Shown piece by piece: positions 17,084-30,790 of a stretch of 64,000 bases of DNA. Below the pieces are notes generated by a model. That model did no database searches and was not told the DNA's origin. It saw only the letters and a program-made list of their open reading frames with translations. The DNA is taken from the NCBI RefSeq assembly GCF_009914755.1, contig NC_060938.1; one strand, written 5' to 3'. Source of the stretch: the human T2T-CHM13v2.0 reference genome, Homo sapiens. Numbering within the stretch: the stretch's first letter is position 1; each line of letters begins with the position of its first letter. Made by a program: the position numbers and the translations under genes.

Positions 17084-17725
17084 GAGCTGAACTCAGGAGT
17101 CCCTGATGCCAGCCTTTCTGATGCGGTCCCCCCTCCCCTCCCCCATGTGTCTCGCTCCATAGCTCCAGGCCAGGAGCCCCAACTGGCTGGTGGAGGATGT
17201 CTTGCTCCTCAGCAGCTGGGATTTGTAAGTATTTGTAGGAACATGGAACAGATCAGTGGCTGACAGGCCCAGGAAGCAGACAGTCCCCTTCCCATAGGTC
17301 ACCAGCTTCACTTCCCCTTCCTGCACCCCATCCTGATTTGAGGGAGCCCAGGATGACAAAGAGGGAGTAGTTGAGCAAGGTATGGAGTGGCAGCCTCTAT
17401 AGGAGCTCAAAGGATGCATTTGTCCATCTGCCCTGGGCTCAGCTTCCACACTCAGAGTCACTCACATCCCTCCACCGTCGCCACAGCTCACCTGTGTGCC
17501 CACACGGCCAAGGTCACACTGACCCCAAACGCACACTGTTTCAACTCTCAGCACTTCACTGTCACACTCGCGTGTGTACACACATGCTTTCTAATTTCCA
17601 CAGCCACATGGATGCTCACACACTCACACCTTTGCACACACACACAAGCTGGCTCACAGACACACTGGGGGCCCAGATCCTGGTCATTCCCCACAGGTCT
17701 TAATAAAGGTTCATGGAAGGAAACC
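17084..17725 (+). ncRNA. Candidate alternative terminal exon of DUXAP-type lncRNA
   Basis: ctaac branch point ~17064, ctag acceptor ending 17083, AATAAA 17702-17707 followed by a GT-rich tract. Confidence 0.5.
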
Positions 17726-18499
17726 TGTTTCCTAAGGTAGGGTGGGAGTGTGTGTGAGTGTGTGGGGGGGAGAGGGTGAGAGTGTGTGCGTGTGTTAGTG
17801 TGAGTGTGTGTGTATGTAAGGAGCAGGAGTGACTGGGTCCTGAGTTTAGGGAGTTGGGAAGAGGAAGGAGAGATGGAGACAAGCCTGGACCAAGAGCCAC
17901 TCAGAGCTGCCTGGAAGGGAAGCCAGGCTGAGAAAAAGGCAAGGCAAAGAAATAAGACACTGACAAGGATCAAGCCAGGGTTGAGTAGGGACTGGGAACA
18001 GAGTCTGCCTCCATGAGAAGCTGTCACATTGCTGCTCTGGTGCCCTGTGACAGCGGCACCATCTCCAGCTGGAGACTCCCCTCTCTGGATCTTGTCATTG
18101 TGACTTTGCTTTGTTGGACAACCAGGAGTGGTGATAGGCAGGGAATATGGTGCCCAGGTCAGCTAGCCATGCCACGCCAGTCCAGCTGCCAACCCACCCG
18201 TCACTGGCCATCTCATCACCTGCTGGAGGGAGTGGGGTGGTGCAGATGAAACCAGCGATCAGCTTGGCTGCCCTTGCTTCCTAGTGCCACAGTAGAGGCT
18301 AGGGGAGCAACTGGCTTTCCTCCCCAAAAGGCGGGCAGGGTTATCCACACTTTGCCCAGGTCCCTGAAGCCTGCGGCTGAGCTCGGGGATAACAGGGGCC
18401 AAGTCACCGGTCCCAGACACCTAGGAACTATTAGAGACAGGAACCAGCATATGAGACAGGGGCTTTTAAGTAGGAGGTTGGAGAACACACGTTTTTGGT

Positions 18500-20850
18500 C
18501 TAAACCGGGGGCCCCTCTCTTTGCCCACTGAACCCGCGGCCTGCGTGGTGCTGAGACTGCCTCTGGCCGCGTCCGCTTGGGACAGGGCCTGAGCGGTGGC
18601 TGATCCCACCTGGATGTCCTGGGCCGGCTCCCACCCGACGCCCACCATCCCGGGACGTGGTGGGGAGAGGCTGGCGCTGCTCCTTGCCATGCTTGGCGGC
18701 CGCTGCTGCCCGGCTGGGGGTCCCGAGTCGCACACGCCCCGCAAGCCCTGGCCACCGACCCGGAGGGAACGCCCTGGGCTACGGTCCCCAAAGCCAAGAG
18801 AAGAAGCAGGTCCCAGGGCCGACTCCAAAGCCGCATCTCCAGCTTTGTTCATGGGTCCGGGAAGCAGAGGCCGCCGCCGGCCACCGTCGTGGGCGAGAAG
18901 AAGGGCACGAGGCGGCCGGGGCTCCTGCCCGGAACCACATGTGCGCGCCGGGCCCGCTTCTTCATCGCACTTGCGGCCCCGGCTGCCCGGGGCCTGCGAG
19001 TTTCCAGCCAGGGCCCGGGACTCTGGCGCGGTCCGGCCGCGAGGAAGGAAGGCGCGGCCCGGGTGGGGGGTAGCGGCAGGCCTGCGGCTCCGGCCACGGG
19101 GCGGGGGCAGAAAAACGACCCCGGCGCTGTCCGGGCATCCAGCTCGGTTCCCGCTGCAGCCAGGAGACTCCCGGGAGCGCTCTAGGAACCACAGAGCCCT
19201 GGAAGTCACCTGGCAGCCTCGCGGCGCTAAAGCCGGCGGAGCCTGAGACAGCGCGCGGCGAGGCGGTCACGCTCCACCCCCGCGTGGCAGCAGGACTCGG
19301 ATTTCGCCCCTGGTTTTAAAATTGTGCCGGTGGAGCCCGGGACGCTGGGAAGAGCGTTCTGCGCCCCTCCAGTCGCGGTCTCCGCCCTAAACCGACTTCC
19401 AGAGCCGCCTCTGCTCCCTGGAGGGGCGCAGTGGCGGACACCGGCGTCCCACGAAGTCGCAGGTCCTCAGTCTGAGGGCTGCCCCGCACGCTCGGAATGC
19501 AGGAGGGTCTCCGCCTCGCTGCGCTGCCCCTGGGGGCGGAGGCGTGCGCTGCAGGCGAGAGAGGCGGCCCGGTATCGATGGAGAAGCACAGAGGGCTTTG
19601 AGGTCGCAACGTCCCGGTTGCTGAGCGGAGTCGGGAGTCAGGTTCCAAAGGGACAGCGCTCAGGGTTGTAATCACCACCCGGCCCACCGCTTCCGCAGCT
19701 GCGAGTCTAGGGCGGAGCTGTTGGGTGGACCGAGCAGGCGAGGCGCAGGCAGGCAGCGGCTCCGCCTCGGAATCCGCCTCGACCGGGGCCCAGGTGCCCG
19801 CCCCACCTGTCCCTCGGTCACCCCAACCCTGTTTCCTCGACCCCCAGCACTCCTCCAGGCCTAGTTCGCTTCAGAAGCGCAAGACCCGGAAAACAAGGAA
19901 GAAGCGAGCTCAGCCTCAATCCCCGTCCCCACCCCACTTTCGGGACCGCTACGCTGGAGAATTGAAGGGGGCGGACCCCGGATTAAAGCCGCTCCCTTCC
20001 CAGCCTCGCCCCGCTTTCCTAATGTCCGTGATGATTTCGTTATTGGCAGGGAAGAGCCAGGCTCCCTGCGCTCCCAAGACGGGGCGATTGGGAGGGGGTT
20101 CTGGAGCTCACGCCTGGGGTCGGCCCGGCGGGGGTGACCCCGCGCCCTCGCCGGTGCAAGGAGAACAGGTGGTTCCCGCCGGGGCAGGGAAGCGTGGACG
20201 GTGTGGGCTCAGGCGCCTGGCAGGCACGCGGGGCCTCTAAAGCTTGGTCGCTGTCACAGATCGTGTGGTTGTTTCTTCCGTCCCCGCCACGCCTTCCTCC
20301 TGGGATGGGGATTCATTCCCTAGCAGGTGTCGGAGAACTGGCGCCCTTGCAGGGTAGGCGCCCCGGAGCCTGAGGCGGGAACTTTAAAATCAGACGCTTG
20401 GGGGCCGGGCTGGGAAAAACTGGCGGAAAATATTATAACTGAACTCTCAATGCCAGCTGTTGTAGAACCTCCTGGGACAAGCGGTGGAAGTCCCCTCAGG
20501 AGGCTTCCGCGATGTCCTAGGTGGCTGCTCCGCCCGCCACGGTCATTTCCATTGACTCACACGCGCCGCCTGGAGGAGGAGGCTGCGCTGGACACGCCGG
20601 TGGCGCCTTTGCCTGGGGGAGCGCAGCCTGGAGCTCTGGCGGCAGCGCTGGGAGCGGGGCCTCGGAGGCTGGGCCTGGGGACCCAAGGTTGGGCGAGGCG
20701 CAGGAGATGGGCTCAGGGTTCTCCAGAGAATCCCCATGAGCTGACCCGCAGGGCGGCCGGGCCAGTAGGCACCGGGCCCCCGCGGTGACCTGCGGCCCCG
20801 AAGCTGGAGCAGCCACTGCAAATGCTGCGCTGACCCCAAATGCTGTGTCC
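18500..20850. promoter_or_regulatory. CpG island, probable promoter
   Basis: Very GC-rich with dense undepleted CpG over ~2.3 kb; several GGGCGG/CCGCCC boxes; no recognisable protein in any frame. Confidence 0.85.
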
Positions 20851-20880
20851 TTTAAATGTTTTAATTAAGAATAATTAATA

Positions 20881-21163
20881 GGTCCGGGTGTGGAGGCTCA
20901 AGCCTTAATCCCCAGCACCTGGCGAGGCCGAGGAGGGAGGATCCCTTGAGCCCAGAGGTTCGAGACTAGCCTGGGCAACACAGTCAGACTCCATCCTTCC
21001 AAAACAAACAAACGAAAATAAAACAAACAGAAAACGAAATTAGCCGGGTGTGGTGGTGCGGGCCTGTGGTCCCAGCTCCTCGGGAGGCTGAGGCAGGAAG
21101 ATGGCTTGCGACTGCACCACTGCATTCCAGCCTTCGCGACAGAGCAAGACCCTGTCTCGAAAA
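20881..21163 (+). mobile_element. AluJ-like, CpG-rich
   Basis: Diverged dimer with cttgagcccagagg AluJ-type sequence. Confidence 0.85.
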
Positions 21164-21404
21164 ATGTGTATGTCTGGGTAAGTGTATAGATTTTACAACT
21201 ATTTTGAAGGCGACCTTTTTAACTTTAAACAGACCACTCTGGAGGAGACGCCTGACCCAGAGCGCTTTACCTAAAGTTCGGTGCCTAAAGTGCACCCTTC
21301 CTCTGGCTGGTGTCTCCCTTCTGCCAAGCTATGCCTCCTGCAGAGGTAGGCTCCGTGGTGTCTCCCACTCCGCCCCAACTGGAGAACGGTGTAAAGAACT
21401 GTCA

Positions 21405-21745
<341 letters not shown>

Positions 21746-22149
21746 TCAAGACTAGAAAGCATGAAGCAGGGGAGGCGTTTTGAAAGCATAAGAACAATAG
21801 ACCATGGGCATGGATGGCCGAGTCTGGGGATCAGCATCGTAATTTGTTGAGAAGGAGGCCGTGCTGTGCTGCCAGTTATTAATTGGTTTAATCGGTTGAT
21901 ACACAGCCCTACTGGCCTAACCAGTAGCCCAGGGCCCTGGAGGATTTGCAGTTCGTGTCAGAATTTGATTGCAGTTCCTTCCACTTGGCATAAGGAGACA
22001 CTATCAGCCTGATTGGGAGGGTGATGGTGGGATGGAGCCTGCCGAGGTGGCGGCGCTGAGCTGACCACACCACCGGCCATAGAGTGGGAGCCTTTCCTGC
22101 CCGCTTAACTGCAGCTAATATCAAAAGCACTGGTATGGGCTGTCTATCT

Positions 22150-22709
22150 GTGCTGGAACCTGAGTTTATCTTTGTCTGCAATTACGATTCTTCTGGGTTT
22201 ATTTTGCCAGCTCATTATCCAGCCCCCTGGAATCAGGCCTCCCAAATTTATCAGGTGCTGGGGAGGACCCTAGGGAGTGGTGTATGGGGGCTAGCTGGTG
22301 AAACTGCCCTTTCCTTTCTGTTCTATGAGTGTGATGGTGTTTGAGAAAATGTGGGGCTATGGTTCAGGCGCACTTCACATGTGCAAAGATGGAGAAAGCA
22401 CTCACCTACACGTTTAGGCTCAGAATATTGATTGAAACATTTTGAATGATCAAAAATAAAATGTTATTTTTAAAGTTTCTCTCTGAGATTTTGCTTAAGT
22501 TTTGGTAGATATTCTTAAGTTTTAGTGACCTCAGTTTGGGAGTTAAGTAAGCTAAACATTGTGTCCTTATTATTAGTTATATAAAACTATGCTTTAGACT
22601 TTGTTAGAAACTTCTGCCCCACCTTGACTGACTCCTTTTCCATTTCTGGTTGTACAAAATGAATTCACACTTTAATGCTATGGCCACCTTTAAATAAAGT
22701 ACAGCGTGA

Positions 22710-22741
<32 letters not shown>
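22150..22741 (+). pseudogene. Polyadenylated 3'-UTR-like retroposed fragment; source gene not identified; 5' boundary uncertain
   Basis: Non-repeat sequence ending AATAAA-gtacagcgtgact-A(~30); second AATAAA at ~22455. Confidence 0.6.
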
Positions 22742-22745
<4 letters not shown>

Positions 22746-23572
22746 CAGTACAAATGTTTTCAGAGACAAATGCATTCTCTGACATCTGAGGTTACAGCAA
22801 ATCTCTTCTTCACCTGTTTGCTTGTTTAGAGTTGTAATATTTGTTTTGGTGTAGAGCTGAAGACATAAATTGGTAACCAATGGAATTATCTGGCCTCAGA
22901 CTTTATTTATTTTCATCATTTATTTCACTGATGTGCAAATTTATTCCGTACCAGCAAATGTCAATTTAATTATATTCTACAGTACACAGTGAATCATGTA
23001 TACTTAGTTAAGTTGTAAATACACTAAACCATATAAACTCACAACAGTATATCAGCTCATGATGGGTAAATGACTTTTCCCTGAGAAAGAGTATCTGTTT
23101 AACCTGCATGATCTCACTCTTTAGTATTTGCTTCTTTAGTCTACGTTTGTTTCCTAGTTTTGAATATAATCATGATATGGAGAGACAAGTGAAATCACCA
23201 CAATTTTGTTTTCCAAAATGTGAGACTATGCAAATGCTGAAATGAGAATTAATACATCCAAAATATCGAACCACAATTATGGCTTTGCTTTACTTTTTGC
23301 CCGTAAGAGACATGTGGCCTAGAATAGGTGGCAGGTATTCCTACCACAACCTTGCTTAGCATAGTGGTTGACTAAATACAAATTTTAGAGATGAAGGTTG
23401 TTCTATACCCAGATTTCAATGTGATTGCTATGCCCACTTCACTTTCTCTAAAATACATATTTTTCTTACTTCTCACTTTCCTTTTCTTCTTGGTTGACAT
23501 TTTTTGGCTCAGGGATTTTTTTTTTCCTTATGATCTCAATAAATTTTTCTCATATAAAAAGACGTAATCGTG

Positions 23573-24107
<535 letters not shown>

Positions 24108-24829
24108 TCACACTGGGGCTGCTCCTTCCTGGGCAAGTTTCAGAAACTCACTGACAGTTAGAGCTAGCAGCTCCCGTAGAGATGAATGCCCATGTTTTCC
24201 CGAAGGGAGAACTGATGCTTAGAAAGGCTGAATGACTTGTCTAAGACTCTGGGGCCAGAACAGGGATCTTATTCCAGTATTTCTTGCATGAAGCCATTCT
24301 ACTTCCACGTTTCTAATTTATAACTTTTAAAAGGTCATTTTAAAAACGAAATAGCATAAACATCAAGTCTGGAGGCTAGTGGTGGGATTATTCACATTTA
24401 TTTTTCCACTTGACATTTGAGGGCAATAGTGATGCTTAAGTAAAACCAAAATTATCCTGGGAGTATAGAAAATAATATATCTGTTTACATTTTGGTGTGG
24501 GATGAGTAGAATCTTGTTTTCAAATTCCTTGCTTGAAAGGCTATTAAGAAGAATAAATCCTCACTTAACAGTTTTCTAAATCCTTGGTGGTGTCCTCTGT
24601 CCTTTGGTAACACGTGAAAGTAGAGCACACTTTTCTACTTTTGTTCCTTCTGCACCCCTCATAAGGTGAAGCATGCATAGAGCACTCCCAGGGTCAGTGT
24701 GAGCCCAGCAGCAGCTCAGGCTGCCGATGCTCCAGAGTCGGATTCCACCTTCCACTTAAATGGCAGCCACAGGTAGACGTGCCCATCACAACCAACTCTG
24801 TGCGTTCATAATTTCTGTTTATTCTACAG

Positions 24830-26140
24830 GTGGTTTCCACAAGAAAAATGGCACAATGTTTCTCAGAAGACAATTACATAAGAATCAGCATACTTCAAAT
24901 TCACAGCAAATAATCAGACAATTGATGAAAATACTTACCCAAACACTAATTGTAGACTATGCCTTCTGAATATGTTTGTCATAAACTTGGAGTAAGGAAT
25001 CCTCACAGGCACTGGACAATTCAAAAAACGTAAAGTTGTTTGTTAGAATACTGGTGCTTTTGGGTAGAAACCCTCATCCATATCCTGGTAAGGCTTGAAG
25101 TTGCACAGGAGTTTTCATTTGTCAAAACCCAGAAAACCATAAGCTTTAGATTTGTGAATTTTATATTGTATTATATGTGACCTTTCTTTTTAAAAAATGA
25201 GCTGTAAGCAGTCTCCCAGACAGTAGCTCAGCCTCCAGAACTCTCTTTCTGCATAGTTGAAGACCCCTCTTCACACAAGATGGTAGCAACAAATCATAGG
25301 TGCAATTGCACCAAATTCACAGAAGATCAATTGAAAATCCTCATCAATACCTTCACTCAAAAACCTTACCCAGGTTATGCTACCAAACAAAAACTTGCTT
25401 TAGCAATCAATGCAGAAGAGTCCAGAATCCAGATTTGGTTTCAGAATCAAAGAGCTAGGCATGGATTCCAGAAAACACCAGAACCTGACTTTAGATTTAA
25501 GCCACAGCCATGGACAAGATTAACCTGGTGTGGAGTTTCAAAATAGAGAAGCCAGATGGTGTTGTACCACCTATAGCACCTTTCAATTACACACAGTCAT
25601 CCATGCATTTATGAAAAACCCATACCCTGGGATTGATTCCAGAGAACAACTTGCTGAAGAAATTGGTGCTTCAGAGTCAAGAGTCCAAATTTGGTTCCAA
25701 AATCGAAGATCTAGATTTCATCTCCAGAGAAAAAGAGAACCTGTTATGTCCTTAGAATGAGAAGACCAGAGAAGACCAGGGGCAAGGTTTCTGAGGGACT
25801 TCAAGGTACAGAAGATACACAAAGTGGCACCAGCCTCACTAGCACTCTCATTTCTCAAGAGCCAGAACATGGTGAATACAATCAAGTTCAGTGTATTTGA
25901 TAATATCAATTTGGGCCCCAAATCTCTCTCACAGTCTTCCTGGGAGTCTATTCTTCTTCCAAAAGTGCAAGCTAAGCCTTCTGAAGATGGTAAAGAACTT
26001 GGCCGGGTGTGGTGGCTCATGCCTGTAATCCCAGCACTTTAGGAGGCTGAGGCTGGAAGATTGCTTGAGCCTAGGAGTTTGAAACCAGTCTGAGCAACAT
26101 AGTAAGACCCTGTCTCTATTCTAAAAAACAAAATAAGTAA
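24830..26140 (+). ncRNA. 3' exon region of DUXAP8/9/10-type lncRNA, running into the DUXA retrocopy; 3' end uncertain
   Basis: Strong acceptor atttctgtttattctacag|GTGGTTTCC at 24829/24830. Confidence 0.6.
26001..26140 (+). mobile_element. FLAM/AluJ monomer within DUXA 3' UTR
   Basis: ggccgggtgtggtggctcatgcc...gaccctgtctct with A tail. Confidence 0.85.
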
Positions 26141-26737
26141 AAAGGACTGTAGGAGGCCAAGACAGGTACAGGAGGCACCACACTACCCTGTTGACACAGC
26201 CTGGATCCAGAGTTCAGCAGACCTTGAGACAATGAAAACAAACTTAGTAATAATCATTTTTCAATCATTGCAGTAATTATTGATTTGGACAAAAATCAAT
26301 TGACGTCAAAACCTTAAAGTGACGTTTCTCTGCCTATGGAGTGGTCATTCTTTTATTCCTTTAGTTTCATAATAAATTTTCTTTTACTTAAAAAACTTAT
26401 AGTTTGATGAAGAGTGAGATATATACCTCATCTCAAAGAATCTTCACACACACACTTATTAATTACAAAAGGAAAATCAGTAATTTTGCAGTGGAGACAT
26501 ATGGCCAACTCCACCTTACCCAAGTGGCTGAAAGTCACTGCACCAGTAATGGCACAAACCAATGTGAGATGATTCCTGATATGATACACTAAAAAGGGCA
26601 CTGTCTCTTCTGCATGTTGCAGACAAAAAGTGGGTAAGCTGAAACTGAAACTAATAATTAGGCAATGTCAAGCAAATACAAATTCAGGTTGACAGTCTGC
26701 AAAATAACATCCATGTACTCTTCAACAATGGATCGAC

Positions 26738-27033
26738 CCTAGCTACTCAGGAGGCTGAGGTGGAATAATTGTTTGAGGCCAGGAGTTCCAGATCAGCCTG
26801 GGCAACATCATGCGACCCCATCTCTAAAAACATCTTTTTAAAAATGAGCCAGGTGTGGTAGCATGCACCCGTAGTCTCAGCTACTCAGGAGCCTGAGGCA
26901 GGAGGATGGTTTCAACATAGGAGATCGAGGCTGCTGTGAGCTATGATCGTGCTACTGCACTCCAGCCTGGGTGACACAGCAAGTTCCTGTTTCCAAACAA
27001 CAACAAGAAAACAAAACAAAACAAAACAAAAAA
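26738..27033 (+). mobile_element. AluJ-like, 5'-truncated
   Basis: Alu text with gaggctgctgtgagctatgatcg and (CAAAA)n tail. Confidence 0.85.
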
Positions 27034-27098
27034 TAGATAGAATAGTGACAATAAAAATGGAGAAAAAGTAGGCTGACTCAGGAAATGCTTAGAAAGTA

Positions 27099-28036
27099 CA
27101 GCCATACCTCAAAGATATTGTAGATTTGATTCGAGACCACCACAATAAAGCAGATATTGCTACAAAGTGAGTCACACAAATTGTTTTGTTTCCTTGTGAA
27201 TATGAAGTTATATTGGCTGGGTGTGATGGCTCATGCCTATAATCCCAGTACTTTAGGAGACGGAGGCGGGAGGGTCACTTGAGCCCAGGAATTGTGAGAT
27301 CAACCTGGGCATATAGGGAGATCCTGTCTCTATTTAAAAAAAGAAGCTATGTTTACACTACACTATAGTCTATTTAAAGTGTGAAATGGCGTTATGTCCT
27401 TAATTTTAAAACTCTTGATGCTGGCTGGGTTCGGTGGCTCATGCCTGTAATCCCATCACTTTGGGAGGCCAAGACAGGTTGATTACTTGAATTCAGGAGT
27501 TCAAGACCAGCCTGGACAACATGGCAAAACACGTCTTTAAAAAAAGAAAAGAAAAAAGAAAAACAGAAAGAAAAAGAAGAAAAACTACTTGCTGCCCTTA
27601 CTTGAAGCTCAATTATTTAAAACAAAGAAAAAATAGAAAAATCTTTTATTGCTGAAAATGCTAATGATCACCTGCGCCTTCAGGGAGTCTTAGTCTTTTT
27701 GCTGGTGAAGGGTCTTGCCTTGATGTTGTTGGCTGCTGCCTGATAAGGGCGATGGTTGCTGAATATTGAAGTGGTTGTCACAATTTCTTAAAAGAAAACA
27801 ATGAAATTTGCCACATTAACTGACTCTTCCTTCCACAAAAGATTTCAGTGTACCATGCGATACTGTTTGATAAGCATTTTACCCATAGTAGAACTTCTTT
27901 CAAAATTGGAGTCAGTCCTCTCACACCCTGCCACTGTTGTACTATGTTTATCAATATTCTAAATCCTTTGTTGTAGGCTAAACAATATTCACAGCATTTT
28001 CACCAGGAGTAAATTTCATCTCACAAAACCACTTTC
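27099..28036 (-). mobile_element. Tigger1 fragment interrupted by two Alu monomers (~27215-27345 and ~27423-27585)
   Basis: cagccatacctcaaagatattg...accaccacaataaagc Tigger1 terminus, continuing ttttattgctgaaaatgctaatgatca. Confidence 0.8.
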
Positions 28037-28895
28037 CAGGCTCTTTCTGGACTGTAGAGTTCTTTCCAGGCTACCTTGTGGCAGTTTAAGAGTCTGGCAT
28101 CATTTTCCGCTGGGACCTAAGGATCGAGGAGGTGCTTGTGACTAGACTGCCAATGGACCCATCACAAAGTTTAACCCAACCTTGATCCCCGAGTCTTCAC
28201 AAATGCTCACTGAAGAAAATTCCTAGAACAATTCAGGGTCCTTTCATAACCTCTACTCTGAGGTGTTAATAAAAAACCTTAGTAACTTAAAAAAAATGAG
28301 CTGTACACAAATACTGAACAATAATGCTACATATGTTAAGTATGTAAGAAAAATATATACTTTGACATAAATAAGAAACGGTGAGTTGATAATTGGATAG
28401 AATGGTGGATAGAGTGAGAGATATGTAGTAAAGCAAATATAACAAAATGATGTACAATCTAAGTGGTTGGACTATAAATATGCACTTCCCACAACATTTT
28501 TATATGTTTAAACAGTTTTATAATACCATATTAGGGAAACTGTTTGTCTCAAGGAAATAGAGATTGTGATATATTCTAGTACAATGAAGTGTAATCATGT
28601 AAAATAAAAGCTTTTACTTCTGGCAATTAAAGTTAGTCATGTTAGAACACTGTCTAGGAATGGTTGGAAAATCATATTTTATTTTCTAATCAATATATTT
28701 ATGTCATCTGTCAATCAGAATTACACTGACTTTAAAAAGCAATAATATGACTGTATATTCATGATGAAATATAGCCTAAGAACAAAATAATGCACAAAAA
28801 TAATCTCAGATTGCTTATTATTTTTCAGAAGGCTGTATTTTTAGTCTTAGGCTATTGGTTTGTCTTATATTGCAGGATTTTAAAAAAATGATTAG

Positions 28896-29878
<983 letters not shown>

Positions 29879-30347
29879 ATTATGGGTGTGACATTGAAAA
29901 CTGGTACTTTTCTAATGAAATAGAAGAAGATACAGATGTAATATCTCTGAGCATAATTAAAATCCTCTAATCAAGACTGTTAACCAAAAGGTTTGTTTAA
30001 AAGTTATAAATTTTTATTAAAAAAATACACTTATCTTTTAGACTTATCCACTGAAAAGTCCTGGAAGCATTAAATAAAACAGAAGCAGAAAGCACCTTGG
30101 TGCCATAACTTTGGATTCTCCATGTCATCATTCACTAAAAGGAACCAAAGCGTCTCGGAGAAATGGCTGCTTTCTGGCTGCAGGCAGGCAATGTGCAAAA
30201 TCAATCTAGAGCATCTCGTCATACTGGAATGCAAGGACACTTTTATACCCCCTAGGATCGTGTCCATAGGATCCAAGAGGCAACTTGAAGGAAGTCCCAC
30301 TCTCCAAACATGAACTAATATAAGCATCAATAATATTGATGACCACA

Positions 30348-30653
30348 AGCCAGGCATGGTGGTTCACACCTGTAAGCCCGACACTTTGGGAAGCCAAGGC
30401 AGGTGGATTGCTTTAGCCCAGGTGTTCAAGACAAGCCTGGCCAACATAGTAAAACCTTCTGTCTACCAAAAATAGAAAACAAAAAATTAGCCAGGCATGG
30501 TAGCTTGTGTCTGTAGTCCCAGCTACTTGAGAGGCTGAGGTGGCAGGGTCACCTAAGCCCAGGAGTCTGAGGATGCGGTGAGCTGTGATTATGCCACTGC
30601 ACTCCAGCATGGGCCATAAAGCAAGATCTGTCTCAAAAACAAACAAACCAAAA
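30348..30653 (+). mobile_element. AluJ-like
   Basis: Diverged dimer. Confidence 0.88.
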
Positions 30654-30790
30654 TAATGATGATGATGATGACAGCAATGAGCAGGTGCACACCTTATATG
30701 TTTAAATCATTGAGCTTATAATGATGTTAAAGCATGCAGTCAATAGAATAAATACATTATCCAGATATTGGAATTAGCATAAAAAGACTA

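Larger units (their letters stand above)
25207..28290 (+). pseudogene. DUXAP: Processed DUXA (double homeobox A) pseudogene; CDS remnant 25253-25875, with long 3' UTR
   Basis: Intronless; two PRD-class homeodomains (KFTEDQLKILINTF..IQIWFQNQRAR; TYSTFQLHT..VQIWFQNRRSR); ends GCC AGA ACA TGG TGA like DUXA ARTW*; start ATG>ATA, frameshift ~25490, TGA at 25758; 15-bp TSD aaaaaatgagctgta at 25192-25206 and 28291-28305; AATAAA at 28268. Confidence 0.96.

Noticed and set aside
18216-20839. Many long overlapping ORFs (up to 247 aa) on both strands
   Set aside because: Expected in very GC-rich DNA where stop codons are rare; low-complexity R/P/G/A translations with no recognisable domain
25530-25760. 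Separate 76-aa homeodomain-2 protein
   Set aside because: Starts at GTG rather than ATG, lies downstream of the HD1 ORF, and its N-terminal arm arginines are mutated
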